A stretch of DNA of 64,000 bases from Spirochaetia bacterium (GCA_965225855.1 CBDDCK010000004.1:64001-128000), one strand, 5' to 3'. Positions 49,654 through 60,217 are shown, counted from the first letter of the stretch. The notes: generated from the letters alone by a model not told the origin. Numbers and translations: made by a program.

Positions 49654-52600
49654 TTATGAAGCCGATGGCAACATTTCCAATATCAATTCGACTTCACCAA
49701 CACTCAATTGCGTTGCCCGAGCAATTTCACTACTACTCCATTTTTTACTATGCAGCTGGACAACGGTATTGCGCACATCACTGTCCATCTTACTTCCATT
49801 ATTCACACCCAGAGAACCTCGTTCATTCGGGCGGTTTTTGCGTACAATCGTTTCAACCGTGTGCAAGTTACTTTGTATATTTTCTGACAATTCCAGCATA
49901 CGAGTTTCGGTTTTAGCGATCCATTCGCGCATTTTATCGATCCCCTGACTGTCTGCATGTAACTCGTTAATAGCTTGTTGCATCTCTTGTAGTTCATCTT
50001 GAGTGCTGTGTAACTGTTGCTGCTGCTGTTCTAATTCTTGCTCTAATCCTTTTGCCTTGCCAAAACCCAATTCTAAAGGTTGCAGCTGTTTCTGCATTAC
50101 TTCTATCTTTTGTTCCAAGTCACTCAGATTATCATTATAGCTATGAAGTAAGGAAGCAGCTTCCAATAATTGCTCTTTGCGCTGATCAAGCAATTCCAGT
50201 AAATCACTGCTTTCATTGTATAAATATTCTAGTTTGTCCAAATGGCTTTGATACGATGACATCTTTTGCTGTTGCTGTTCTAAGCTTTCACGCTGTTGAT
50301 ACAGGCTTCCAGACAATTCTAGCACTTGTTCCATCTGCTGTTCCATATCACTTAGTTCATTGCGCCGAGCTAATAAAGTTGCTAGCTGTTCTGAAGTTTT
50401 TTGCCCAATTTGGCTATTTTCATTCAGCGTACTTTGTAACTGCGATATATCTTTTTCCAGTTCACGAAGTAAGTATTCTTTTTCTGCCAATGCTTGCAAA
50501 TTCTCTTGTAATTTTAAACTATCTGGCAAAGCCTTGCGTACATTCGCTAAATTATTCTCTGAAGTATGAATAATTTTATTCAAATCATCGACATCTTTAC
50601 GCATATGGGCCAAGTCATCACGCAGAGCCTTACGTTCATCAGAATTTAATTGGTGCAATTCACGGGTATTCGATAAAATATCTTCATAAAACTGACGGTA
50701 GTTTTCTTCCATTTCCTGTTTCAAAAGCTCAGAACGCTGTCCCACATTTCTTGTCAAATTCTGGCTTAAATTTTCTATAGATGCTTCTTGTTGTTCACTT
50801 AAATTTTGTAAATGTTTTAATTCATCAATTACTCGTTCTCTCTCTCGCTCCATTTTACCCTGTAAGTGTTTATGCAAGTTTTCAAATTCCTTACGCTGTT
50901 TTAACATTTCCTCTTGAGAGGCCAATTGTTGTTCTTGCCAGAATTCATTTCGCTTGTGCTGAGCCTCTTGCGCAGCTTTTGCTTGTTGAGCATTTTGTTC
51001 TGCCAAAAATTTCTTGTGCCATTGCTCCAATTGAGAAATTAAATTCTCTTCCTGTTTTTCTTTTAAATTTTTGCTAAATTCAATGAGACTTTTACTTAAA
51101 GCCTCTTTTTGTTCTTCAAAAGATTCAACAAAATTTTTGCTCCATTGCTCCAAAGCCTTATACTTTTGTTCTAACTTGCTATCAAAATCCTTCTGATATT
51201 CTTTTAATAAATCATTACTTTTCTGGTCGCACTCCAGCAAACCTTGCTGATGTAGTATCGCCTGATCTTGAGCACTTTGTTCAACTTGAGCTAACTGGTA
51301 ACCGATATTACTGCGCAATTCAGTAATAGAATATTCAATCTCTTTGCGCAACTCCACCGTATGATCGGATAAATTTTTATTTAAAGAATCCATGCGTTCA
51401 TTGGCATCTTGCTCAAATTCTTGCAACTGTCCTAACACCTTAGTTTGCTCAACATGCGTTTCTTCGATACGGGCCTGTTGCTCTTTTTGCTCATGTTTAA
51501 ATTGCTCTAATAGCGTATCAAACTCTTCTTTTGCATTGGAAAAATTTTGAGTCAAAGTTTCCCATAATTTATCTTTTTCTTGCTGTGTTAGAGCTAATTC
51601 ATTTTCTAAAGTCTGTTGTTTCGTTTGTATCAATTTTTTCTGAGCAATAAAATGTGTCTCACTTTCCTTCCCCAAAATTTCAAAATGCTCTAGCCAACTT
51701 TTTAAACGCTGTTGTATCTTTTCTTGTACTTCACTTTCAAATTTTGCACCTAAAGATTCCAAAGCCTCAAGCTGTTTGACACGAATTTGTTCCATTTCCT
51801 GCCTCTGCTCTTCCAAACGGGCTTGCCAATTCTGTTGTTGCTGTCTTTGTTCTTCATATTGGCTGGACAACTGGGTTGTAACCAGTTCTTTATTTTCTGC
51901 CAAATCTTTACGATTATCACTCAGCCAATCCTCCCAAACTTGATTTTGTTGTTCCCGAGCATTTTTCTGTTCGCTCAAAAAAGATTGAAGTTCTTTGCGG
52001 TTTCGTACCAACTCCAGTTGAGTATCCTGATGCGATTGAACCTCCCTACGCCCTTCATCTAGTCGCTCCTGCCAACATTCTAAAAAATTGCGCTGCCTCT
52101 GATGATATTCTTCCAGAGCTTCTTCTTGTTCATGCCAAATTTTATCGAGGTGTTCCAACGCTTCCTGACGCTGCTCTACTCTACGCTGTAGTCCCTCCTC
52201 TGAATTTTGGCCTACCTGTTCCAATCGCTCATGCCAATGTTTATCAGCCACATTTAAGTTTTCAGAAAAACGCTCGTGCAATTTTTGCAGCTTTTCATAA
52301 GCTTTTTGCTGATCTTCTTCCATTGAGCCATGGAGTTCTTGCTTTCGCTCTGCAATTTCATCGTAAATAGTTTCAAATTCATCACGGGCATTATCTTGAA
52401 AATTTTTCAAATAATTTTCTTGACGCTGCAGCATTTTTTGCTCTGCAAGCTTAACATTTTTCTTAACAATACCAACTTCAGCCTCTGCCGAAACTTTAGC
52501 ACTGCGCAGGTATTGCAATATTTGTTTTTGCTCTAAATCCCTTTTTTTCTGTAAATTACTGGCATTTCTCAAAGCTTGTTGCAGACGATTCCAATTTTGT

Positions 52601-54306
52601 AAACTACCATTAATTAACTCTTGATGTTTTACTTCTTTATCCTGCTGCTCCCGAGCTTGCTGCTGCAAATCATCTTTCAATTTACGATAAGCTTCTTGCT
52701 CTTTTTCCAGCCCTTCTAGCCTTTTCTCTTCCTCTTCGCGATAACGATGTTGTTCAGCCCGCTGTAATTTTTTTAACTCATGTAGATCATTTTCCGTCTT
52801 TTCAATATTTAAAGCTAATTGTCCCGTAATTTCTTTCCATTGATTATCGATTTTCTCACTATCATGCAATGCTATACGCAAATTGCCATCTAAGACCGTA
52901 TATTTTTGTTCGGCCCTTTGTAACATTCCATCAAGTTTACACGCATACTCTTCGACTTGAAGCAAATTCCCTGCTAAACGGGCTTCCCTACGGCGGTATT
53001 CATCTTGTTCATCTGCCGAGTTACAATCGTCTAACAATTTTGTTAATTTTTCTTTAAGGCCAGCATCTTTTTGAAAAAGTTGTAACAATTGCTCTCGGCA
53101 CTCTTGCGCAATTGCAGCTATTTCACTCTCCTCACCCAGCAAATGGGATTTGTTCAAACCTTGAAAACAAGGATTTACTAAGTTTAAACTCCAAAACAAA
53201 CTAATACCTTTGTCCCAAAAAGCATCAACTTTTTCTTGATCTTCTGGAAAAACTTCACGCAAAACACTGACAAAAGCCCTTTGTAGTTGGCGAATATGCA
53301 ATCCACCACTACAGGCGTGGCCATTGACAAAGCTTTGAACCAAACGCTGATTATATAGGCCACTATCATTAATCTGCCATTCAGCCAAATGAGTAAAACT
53401 CAACTGCCATCTTTCACCCTTTAGATTGCAAGGCTGGTAAAGATAATTTAATTTTCTCCATTGCGGTAGAGTTTTAAATAAATCTCCTATACTTTTTTGT
53501 CTAATGATATGGCTTTGATTTAAATGAATTTCCAAACCCGGATATAAAGCAGCAATTTTACACAATACGTCAAACAATTGTGGAATTCGTATCGATTGTT
53601 TACCAAAAATTTCAGAATCAGGCGTAAAACGAATAAAAGTACCATTTTCCTTATCACATCGGCCACGGCGATCCCTTACAACACGCCCTCCGGAACTTTC
53701 TATTTCAGCAAATTTATGTTCTTGATACGATCGCAGCAAAAAACGACTGCTCAAAGCATTGACTAATTTTAAACCTAAACCACTAAGGCCTTCACAAAAT
53801 TGAATTTCCACACTATTATTTTTTGAGTTTTGCCCTAATTTTTGAATTTTTGTACGCAACTGCGTATGCGGAATGCCCCGCCCATAATCACGAATCGTAA
53901 TGGTTTCAGAACTACAAAGCACGTCAATAATCTTGCCTTGTCCTTTGCTGTATCCTTGAAGGTATTCATCAATACTATTATTGAGCAATTCTTTAAATAG
54001 CACGGTAACACCACTATGCCATGTTTTTTGGTTGCCCAAATTATAACGCAAATTTTGGCTCCCAGGCATATCCGTAATAGAAGTATATAAGTAGTTAGGA
54101 TAATGCTGGCGCAAATGCTCAATAATAGAGCTAGGCCTATTAGCTCTTACGCTGTGGATACCCGATTTAGACACAGCTGCCGTGGAAGCTGGGCTGGAAA
54201 CAGAAGAAGTTTCTGTTTTTAGTGGCACTTTCGGCACTAAAGCTAAAGGGGGCATGACAAAATCCCTACCATGTTCAACGGAAGTATTATCAGAGAGGTC
54301 TTTCAT
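49654..54306 (-). CDS. ParE/GyrB-like GHKL ATPase-transducer fused to SpiroCoCo-like coiled coil with C-terminal HTH
   Basis: KELLNNSIDE, IRDYGRGIP, GLSGLGLKLVNALS, GTFIRFTPDSEIF, SFVNG and PCFQGLNK motifs, then ~1100 aa coiled coil and VVQLHSKKWSSSEIARATQLSVGEVELILEM. Confidence 0.8.
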   Translation of the reverse strand: MKDLSDNTSVEHGRDFVMPPLALVPKVPLKTETSSVSSPASTAAVSKSGIHSVRANRPSSIIEHLRQHYPNYLYTSITDMPGSQNLRYNLGNQKTWHSGVTVLFKELLNNSIDEYLQGYSKGQGKIIDVLCSSETITIRDYGRGIPHTQLRTKIQKLGQNSKNNSVEIQFCEGLSGLGLKLVNALSSRFLLRSYQEHKFAEIESSGGRVVRDRRGRCDKENGTFIRFTPDSEIFGKQSIRIPQLFDVLCKIAALYPGLEIHLNQSHIIRQKSIGDLFKTLPQWRKLNYLYQPCNLKGERWQLSFTHLAEWQINDSGLYNQRLVQSFVNGHACSGGLHIRQLQRAFVSVLREVFPEDQEKVDAFWDKGISLFWSLNLVNPCFQGLNKSHLLGEESEIAAIAQECREQLLQLFQKDAGLKEKLTKLLDDCNSADEQDEYRRREARLAGNLLQVEEYACKLDGMLQRAEQKYTVLDGNLRIALHDSEKIDNQWKEITGQLALNIEKTENDLHELKKLQRAEQHRYREEEEKRLEGLEKEQEAYRKLKDDLQQQAREQQDKEVKHQELINGSLQNWNRLQQALRNASNLQKKRDLEQKQILQYLRSAKVSAEAEVGIVKKNVKLAEQKMLQRQENYLKNFQDNARDEFETIYDEIAERKQELHGSMEEDQQKAYEKLQKLHERFSENLNVADKHWHERLEQVGQNSEEGLQRRVEQRQEALEHLDKIWHEQEEALEEYHQRQRNFLECWQERLDEGRREVQSHQDTQLELVRNRKELQSFLSEQKNAREQQNQVWEDWLSDNRKDLAENKELVTTQLSSQYEEQRQQQQNWQARLEEQRQEMEQIRVKQLEALESLGAKFESEVQEKIQQRLKSWLEHFEILGKESETHFIAQKKLIQTKQQTLENELALTQQEKDKLWETLTQNFSNAKEEFDTLLEQFKHEQKEQQARIEETHVEQTKVLGQLQEFEQDANERMDSLNKNLSDHTVELRKEIEYSITELRSNIGYQLAQVEQSAQDQAILHQQGLLECDQKSNDLLKEYQKDFDSKLEQKYKALEQWSKNFVESFEEQKEALSKSLIEFSKNLKEKQEENLISQLEQWHKKFLAEQNAQQAKAAQEAQHKRNEFWQEQQLASQEEMLKQRKEFENLHKHLQGKMERERERVIDELKHLQNLSEQQEASIENLSQNLTRNVGQRSELLKQEMEENYRQFYEDILSNTRELHQLNSDERKALRDDLAHMRKDVDDLNKIIHTSENNLANVRKALPDSLKLQENLQALAEKEYLLRELEKDISQLQSTLNENSQIGQKTSEQLATLLARRNELSDMEQQMEQVLELSGSLYQQRESLEQQQQKMSSYQSHLDKLEYLYNESSDLLELLDQRKEQLLEAASLLHSYNDNLSDLEQKIEVMQKQLQPLELGFGKAKGLEQELEQQQQQLHSTQDELQEMQQAINELHADSQGIDKMREWIAKTETRMLELSENIQSNLHTVETIVRKNRPNERGSLGVNNGSKMDSDVRNTVVQLHSKKWSSSEIARATQLSVGEVELILEMLPSAS

Positions 54307-54550
54307 TGTATACTCATCTATTTTAAGAATTAATTGGAAAAATTATCAGGTTGTCTACACAAATTGAATTTAACGAACATCCAGACAAATTTGGCAGATT
54401 GTAAAGGAAAACGCAATAAATGTCATAAAAATTTAAATTGTAGCCAGAAAATAATCAAAAACTTCATAATAAAAACCTTGGCATAATTTTAAATAATAAT
54501 AACTCGGTATTTTTGGAATTCTATTTCATTTACAATTTTTCAATAGATAC

Positions 54551-54579
54551 TTGTCAAAAAATATCAAAAACATTATATT
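54551..54579 (+). promoter_or_regulatory. Putative sigma70 promoter of liv operon
   Basis: TTGTCA-17 bp-TATATT. Confidence 0.45.
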
Positions 54580-54654
54580 GGTTTCCTTTGAATTGTTTAC
54601 AAAGTTATATACTTTTAGAAACAATTATAATTAAAAAACTGGAGGATTCCATTG

Positions 54655-55869
54655 ATGAAGTATTTACCTAACATTGCAATATTTGCGATGAGTTTGCTAT
54701 CTATTTTTACCAATGTTGCTTGTACTCAAAATGCCAAGCCTAAAAAAATAACAATTGGTTTTATCGGGTCAATGACTGGTGATTATGCCAATTATGGCCA
54801 ATTGCAAAGTAAAGCATTGCAGCTAGCTCTCGATGATTTTAATAAAAATGAAGGTGGTATCGCAGACGCTGCTGTTGAGTTAATAATTGAAGATTCTCAG
54901 GGTAAAGTAGAAAAAGGAAGTATTGCAGCGCAAAAGTTGATCAATGTTGATAAAATTAGTGGTTTAGTTGGCCCTGTTTTTTCTGGTGTAGCTATTGGCA
55001 TAGCTCCTGATTTTCAAAATGCCAAAGTCCCCGTTATTTCTGGTTCTGCAACGACTCCTGACCTAACTGAAATTGGCGATTATATTTTCCGTACAGTCCC
55101 CAGTGATGGCTTGCAGTCTGCAGTTTTAGGCCCTTATATCGCACAAGAACTAGGATATATGACTATGTCTATTATATTTACCAATAATGATTACAGCCAA
55201 TCCCTTGCTGAAAGTGTAACCAAAACTTATGAAAAAACGGGCGGGAAAGTGTTACTAAGCCTTGGTGCTCCTGAAGGTACCAAAGATTTTCGTACCCAAT
55301 TGGCCCAGATTAAAGACATTAAACCGGAAGCCATTTTTCTGCCCAACTATGTTGCCGAATGCGCACAAATCATAAAACAAATGGATGAAATTGGTTTGGA
55401 CATTCCCATTATCAGTGCCGATGGTTTTTCTAATACAGAAATCCATAGCCTGATTGGAAAATTGGCAAACGGTGTTATTTTTTCGGCAAGCCCAAGTAAT
55501 GAATCGGAAAAAGCAATTTCTTTTAGGACAGCCTATAATGCGGAATTTGGTGTCGATCCCGATGACTTTAGTACCAATATTTACGATGCGACAACAATTT
55601 TATTGCGAGCAATGAAAGCTAGTTACAATGAACAAAATAAGATGATTGATGCCGAGGCTTTACGCCTGAACATTCAAAATACCAAGAATTTTGCAGGGGT
55701 ATCGGGTAACATTGAATTTGCTGTTAATGGTGATGTCAAGAAAGGAATTGCAATCAAATCGGTTATTGGAGGCAAATTTGAAACTATAGGCTTATACACG
55801 GTAGAGTCGGGCCAATTGCAGCAATTACATACAGATACTTCATCTGCAAATATACATTCAAAAGATTGA
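54655..55869 (+). CDS. Branched-chain amino acid ABC substrate-binding lipoprotein (LivK-like)
   Basis: NVAC lipobox; ISGSATTPDLT, YIFRTVPSD, NNDYS and DFRTQL motifs. Confidence 0.9.
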   Translation: MKYLPNIAIFAMSLLSIFTNVACTQNAKPKKITIGFIGSMTGDYANYGQLQSKALQLALDDFNKNEGGIADAAVELIIEDSQGKVEKGSIAAQKLINVDKISGLVGPVFSGVAIGIAPDFQNAKVPVISGSATTPDLTEIGDYIFRTVPSDGLQSAVLGPYIAQELGYMTMSIIFTNNDYSQSLAESVTKTYEKTGGKVLLSLGAPEGTKDFRTQLAQIKDIKPEAIFLPNYVAECAQIIKQMDEIGLDIPIISADGFSNTEIHSLIGKLANGVIFSASPSNESEKAISFRTAYNAEFGVDPDDFSTNIYDATTILLRAMKASYNEQNKMIDAEALRLNIQNTKNFAGVSGNIEFAVNGDVKKGIAIKSVIGGKFETIGLYTVESGQLQQLHTDTSSANIHSKD

Positions 55870-55945
55870 AAGTGCCATAAGCTTAATCATTTATGGATCG
55901 GGAAGAGTCTATAAATCTTTGCATTTTTGAGTTCAATACAATTTT

Positions 55946-56863
55946 ATGCTTCTATTACAATTCACTATCAACGGCTTGTCTATAGGTGCTATTTATGCCC
56001 TAATTGCTTTGGGCTACACAATAGTCTATGGCATTCTACAATTTATCAATTTCGCACACGGCGGTATCATGATGATTGGCACATACACTGGCCTTAGCGT
56101 ATATATGTATTTATTGCCGCTTGCTGATGGAAGTATTTTAGTACAAATATGGTACTGTCTAATAGCCATTTTCATTGCAATGTTGAGTAGTTCTTTACTT
56201 GGCTATTGTATTGAGCTGTTAGCTTATCGCCCTTTGCGCAATTCGTTGCGTCTAGCACCGCTACTTTCTGCTGTTGGAATGTCCATACTTTTGGAGAATA
56301 TTGCAGCATTGGTTTGGGGTACACGCAATCGTAGTTTTCCAACGCCATACCCAAATACGGCTTTGCCGCTGTTTGAATATGGTGGAAAAACTTTGATTAT
56401 TTCAACTCACGATCTAATCGTGCTCATATTGAGTATTATTGTTTTGGCTTTCACCTACTTTCTCACCCAGAAGACACGCTGGGGAAAAAGTTTGCGTGCC
56501 ACATGTATGGACAACAAAGCTGCCACTTTAATGGGAATTCCCGTCAACAGAGTAATCTCTTCTGCATTTATCCTAGGTAGTTTACTTGCTGCGTTAGCGG
56601 GCTGCTTTGCTGCAATGTCTTTTACCGCCTATCCTACAATGGGAACACTCTGGGGACTAAAAGCTTTTATCGCTGCCGTTCTTGGTGGAATAGGCAGCTT
56701 ACCCGGTGCGTTATTAGGAGGCTTATTTTTAGGGCTTCTCGATTCCTTAGGTCAAGCATTTTTGGGAGGTTACAAAGATGTACTGGCTTTTAGTATCCTT
56801 TTGCTTGTACTTATTTTTAAACCAAGTGGTCTTTTAGGGAAGAACATTCGGGAGAAAATTTAA
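55946..56863 (+). CDS. livH: Branched-chain amino acid ABC permease
   Basis: GAIYALIALGYTIVYGILQFINFAHG and LKAFIAAVLGGIGSLPGA motifs. Confidence 0.93.
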   Translation: MLLLQFTINGLSIGAIYALIALGYTIVYGILQFINFAHGGIMMIGTYTGLSVYMYLLPLADGSILVQIWYCLIAIFIAMLSSSLLGYCIELLAYRPLRNSLRLAPLLSAVGMSILLENIAALVWGTRNRSFPTPYPNTALPLFEYGGKTLIISTHDLIVLILSIIVLAFTYFLTQKTRWGKSLRATCMDNKAATLMGIPVNRVISSAFILGSLLAALAGCFAAMSFTAYPTMGTLWGLKAFIAAVLGGIGSLPGALLGGLFLGLLDSLGQAFLGGYKDVLAFSILLLVLIFKPSGLLGKNIREKI

Positions 56864-56866
56864 TTT

Positions 56867-57790
56867 ATGTACTATTATCTACTGCTAATTTTTACGTATG
56901 TTGCCATATATTTTATTTTAAGTGCTAGTCTCAATTTGGTCGTTGGTTTTACGGGGCAGCTCTCACTAGGGCATGCAGCTTTTTTGGCCATTGGTGCTTA
57001 TGGAGTTGGTATTTTTACCAGTTTTTTATATCAATTTTCATTTTGGTTGTTTTGGCTACTTTCAGCTCTGCTGGCCGCTTTTATCGCATTTTTAATGGGT
57101 ATTCCCATTTTAAGGCTCAAAGGAGATTACCTTGCGATTGGCACTTTAGGGCTTGGAGAGGTCGTGCGTGCGATAATCCAAAATTGGGATAGCGTAACGC
57201 GTGGGCCTAGAGGAATTACGGGCATAAAAGGGCCTCAATTCGGTGCGAGCTACTTGCGAGATAATATGCTGTTATATGCTTTATTTGCTTGGATAGTGGC
57301 CATTGCTATCTATTTTTTCTGCCGTCATTTAGTCCGCACCCGATTGGGCCGAGCAATGGAGGCTATCCGAGAAGACGAAATTGCTGCTAGTTCCGTAGGG
57401 ATCAACCCGATGCATTATAAATTATTAGCCTTTTCGTTGTCTGGTTTTTTTGCCGCCCTTGCCGGGGGCTTGTGGGCCGCACGTTTTGGCACCATTACAG
57501 AATCTATCAGTAATTTTGAATACTCGGTATTATTTCTTTCTATGGTCGTACTGGGAGGAATGGGCAACCTCTGGGGTTCATTACTTGGCTCTGTGCTCAT
57601 AACTTTTTTTGATTTTGCACCACAGATGTTTGGTTTAACCAGTATAATTCCTCCCGAAATCAATCGCATTTTCTATGGCTTGTTATTGGTAATCATGATG
57701 ATTCATCGCCCCCAAGGTTTTCTCGGTCGCTCTAAACCAAAATTTATTTACAACCACAATCCTATTGTCGAAACAAGACCCAAAGACTAA
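56867..57790 (+). CDS. livM: Branched-chain amino acid ABC permease
   Basis: GQLSLGHAAF, LRLKGDYLAI, AIREDE and MVVLGGMG motifs. Confidence 0.93.
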   Translation: MYYYLLLIFTYVAIYFILSASLNLVVGFTGQLSLGHAAFLAIGAYGVGIFTSFLYQFSFWLFWLLSALLAAFIAFLMGIPILRLKGDYLAIGTLGLGEVVRAIIQNWDSVTRGPRGITGIKGPQFGASYLRDNMLLYALFAWIVAIAIYFFCRHLVRTRLGRAMEAIREDEIAASSVGINPMHYKLLAFSLSGFFAALAGGLWAARFGTITESISNFEYSVLFLSMVVLGGMGNLWGSLLGSVLITFFDFAPQMFGLTSIIPPEINRIFYGLLLVIMMIHRPQGFLGRSKPKFIYNHNPIVETRPKD

Positions 57791-57800
57791 GGTCGTCATT

Positions 57801-58604
57801 ATGGAAATTTTGTTGGAAGTACAAGATATATGCCGTTCCTATGGCGGAGTAAAAGCTCTACAAAACGTCAATATCCAAATACCATGTGGCAAAATAATCG
57901 GTTTAATAGGCCCAAACGGAGCTGGTAAAACAACGCTATTCAACCTAACTACCGGTATGGACCAACCTAATAGTGGGCAAATATTTTTTTCTGGCAACCA
58001 TACTCTAAACAATAAAGCCCCATACCAAATTTCACGCTTGGGAATAGCTCGTACTTTCCAAAATATCCGCTTATTTAAAGAGCTAACCGTTCTGGAAAAT
58101 GTAATGCTGGGAATGCACTATCAGCAAGGGAATCAATATAATAAAGGGAATCGCTTTATACATGCATTGCGTTCATTGCTGCAACACCGAGAATTAGAAG
58201 ATGATTTAATCAAAAACTGTATTTATTGGCTAAATTTTTTTCAACTAGAATCTTATAAAGAAGAACAAGCCGATAGTCTGCCTTATGGTAAACAACGCGA
58301 GCTAGAAATAGCTAGAGCTTTAGCTAGTAAACCTCGGTTATTGTTTCTCGACGAACCAGCAGCAGGTATGAATCCCAGTGAAACTCAAGAATTGACACAA
58401 AATATTCAGCGTATCAGCGACTTGGGTATCACTGTTGTATTGATTGAACACGATATGCATTTGGTAATGCAAATTTGTCAAAATATAATTGTATTACACC
58501 AAGGCCAAAAAATTGCAGAAGGTAACCCTCAAGAAATTCGCAATAATCCTACTGTGATTGAAGCGTATTTGGGCGACAGTGCCACACAGGAAACGCCATG
58601 CTAA
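57801..58604 (+). CDS. livG: Branched-chain amino acid ABC ATP-binding protein
   Basis: GPNGAGKTT, GIARTFQNIRLF, LPYG, LDEPAAG, IEHDM and VIEAYLG motifs. Confidence 0.93.
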   Translation: MEILLEVQDICRSYGGVKALQNVNIQIPCGKIIGLIGPNGAGKTTLFNLTTGMDQPNSGQIFFSGNHTLNNKAPYQISRLGIARTFQNIRLFKELTVLENVMLGMHYQQGNQYNKGNRFIHALRSLLQHRELEDDLIKNCIYWLNFFQLESYKEEQADSLPYGKQRELEIARALASKPRLLFLDEPAAGMNPSETQELTQNIQRISDLGITVVLIEHDMHLVMQICQNIIVLHQGQKIAEGNPQEIRNNPTVIEAYLGDSATQETPC

Positions 58605-59308
58605 AAATAGAAAACATCAATGTTTTTTACGGCTCAATTCAAGCGCTGTATTCATTAAATTTGGAAGTACCACAAGGCAAAATAGTAAGCCTAGTAGGAG
58701 CAAATGGTGCTGGTAAAAGCACACTGCTCAATAGTATTGCAGGTTTACAACAACCTCGGAGCGGTTCTATCAGTTGGTGTGATCAAATCATTTATGCAGA
58801 CAATCGCAAATTAGAGCCACATTTAATTGTTAAACATGGGATAGCCTTGGCTCCCGAAGGTCGGCGGATTTTTGCTGGCCTAAGCGTCCAAGACAATCTG
58901 GAAATGGGAGGCTATAGTATTACGGATAAGCATCTTTTCCAACAGCGTTTAGCGAATCAGTACAAATTATTCCCCCGTTTAGCCGAACGCAGTAGCCAAC
59001 GCGCTGGCTCACTATCTGGAGGCGAACAACAAATGTTGTGCATTGCCCGCGCTTTGATGAGCCAACCTCAACTCTTGTTGCTCGATGAACCAAGTTTAGG
59101 TTTAGCTCCTTTAATTGTTGAAAATATTATCCAAACTATTGTTCGTATTAATCGTGAGCAACAAATAACGGTGCTACTGGTTGAACAAAATGTCCGTTTG
59201 GCTCTACAAAATTCACAGTATGCCTACGTCTTAGAAAATGGGCATATTAGCTTAGAAGGTAGTGACTTATTGCAAGACCCTCGTGTAATTCAAGCTTATC
59301 TAGGCTAA
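58598..59308 (+). CDS. livF: Branched-chain amino acid ABC ATP-binding protein
   Basis: GANGAGKST, PEGRRIF, LSGGEQQML, LDEPSLGLAP and LVEQN motifs. Confidence 0.93.
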   Translation: MLKIENINVFYGSIQALYSLNLEVPQGKIVSLVGANGAGKSTLLNSIAGLQQPRSGSISWCDQIIYADNRKLEPHLIVKHGIALAPEGRRIFAGLSVQDNLEMGGYSITDKHLFQQRLANQYKLFPRLAERSSQRAGSLSGGEQQMLCIARALMSQPQLLLLDEPSLGLAPLIVENIIQTIVRINREQQITVLLVEQNVRLALQNSQYAYVLENGHISLEGSDLLQDPRVIQAYLG

Positions 59309-59322
59309 TCAATTCAATAAAT

Positions 59323-59645
59323 TTAAAAAATTTCAAAGCAAATAATCAGCCTGATACACCCGCTCTAATGCCAGCTTCAAATTATTTTGACAATCCAAAA
59401 GTTGCTGGTCATTAGCCCACATTTCTATGACAAAAGGTGTTTCAAAATCTCAAAATATTGAATAAAATTTACTTCGCCTTCTCCAATTACTAAATCGCGG
59501 AATTGACCAGAAAAATCGTCTTGTACGGCTTTGGTATCTTTGATGTGTAAGGCGATAATTTCATGAATACCCGCTTTCAGATTTTTTCTATATTATTATT
59601 CCAGGCAAATAGGTTTCCCATATCAGGATAAACTTTAAGTTGGGA
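59323..59645 (-). pseudogene. 3' half of L-ribulose-5-phosphate 3-epimerase (UlaE/SgbU family), truncated and frameshifted
   Basis: LKVYPDMGNLFAWNNNIEKNLKAGIHEIIALHIKDTKAV..GQFRDLVIGEGEVNF..FEILK, then frameshift to PFVIEMWA. Confidence 0.85.
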
Positions 59646-59864
59646 GAAGAAATTATTTGCTGATCCGGAACATGATAACTGAATGGGATAAGACGCGATA
59701 ACTCGGGATTTTTTTGGGATAAATGGAAGGTAAAAATTGGCTTACTTTCCAAAATAAAAAGGTAAAAAAATTTTTGTTTTTCGGCCTATGGGCCATTGTC
59801 GGCAGTAATTGGGCAACAATATGGCATCAAGTATCAAAATATCATGGTAACGGGCCACGGTCTC

Positions 59865-59930
59865 AAAAAGCTAGTAAGGTTTCTGAAAAAAGCTAGTAAG
59901 GTTTTGACTGAAAACCTTACTAGCTTTTTT
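59865..59930. repeat. Direct plus inverted repeat element upstream of copy B
   Basis: AAAAAGCTAGTAAGGTTT twice (22-bp period), then perfect 20-bp inverted arm AAAACCTTACTAGCTTTTTT after a 5-bp spacer. Confidence 0.85.
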
Positions 59931-59994
59931 GATTGGCAACCTGGGGATTTTCCAACAAACCCGATCAACACTGTATGGCCAAAGTTGTTTGCTT

Positions 59995-60040
59995 GAAGAG
60001 CCCCAGCTAAATACCCAGAAGAGCCGCAACTAAATACCCA
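59995..60040. repeat. 23-bp tandem repeat x2 upstream of copy B promoter
   Basis: GAAGAGCCCCAGCTAAATACCCA / GAAGAGCCGCAACTAAATACCCA. Confidence 0.8.
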
Positions 60041-60127
60041 GAAGCCCATATAGCCAAAGCTAAAGTGCCCAAACATAAAAAAACACACAAAAAACACAAA
60101 AAAACTTACAAAAAGCTTATATAGACC

Positions 60128-60154
60128 TTGACTCAATTCCCCCCCTAACACAAT
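60128..60154 (+). promoter_or_regulatory. Putative promoter of copy B with C7 tract in spacer
   Basis: TTGACT-caattCCCCCCCtaa-CACAAT (15-bp spacer); A-tracts upstream; homologous to copy A. Confidence 0.55.
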
Positions 60155-60217
60155 AGGGCTCTATGCACTAGCCCGTATGGGTTGGTTAATCTTTATCCAT
60201 TTTTGGAGGTATTGCTT

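Noticed and set aside
49654..54306. Ordinary gyrB/parE annotation
   Set aside because: No TOPRIM (EGDSA, DADVDG) motifs and no adjacent gyrA/parC; the remainder is coiled coil
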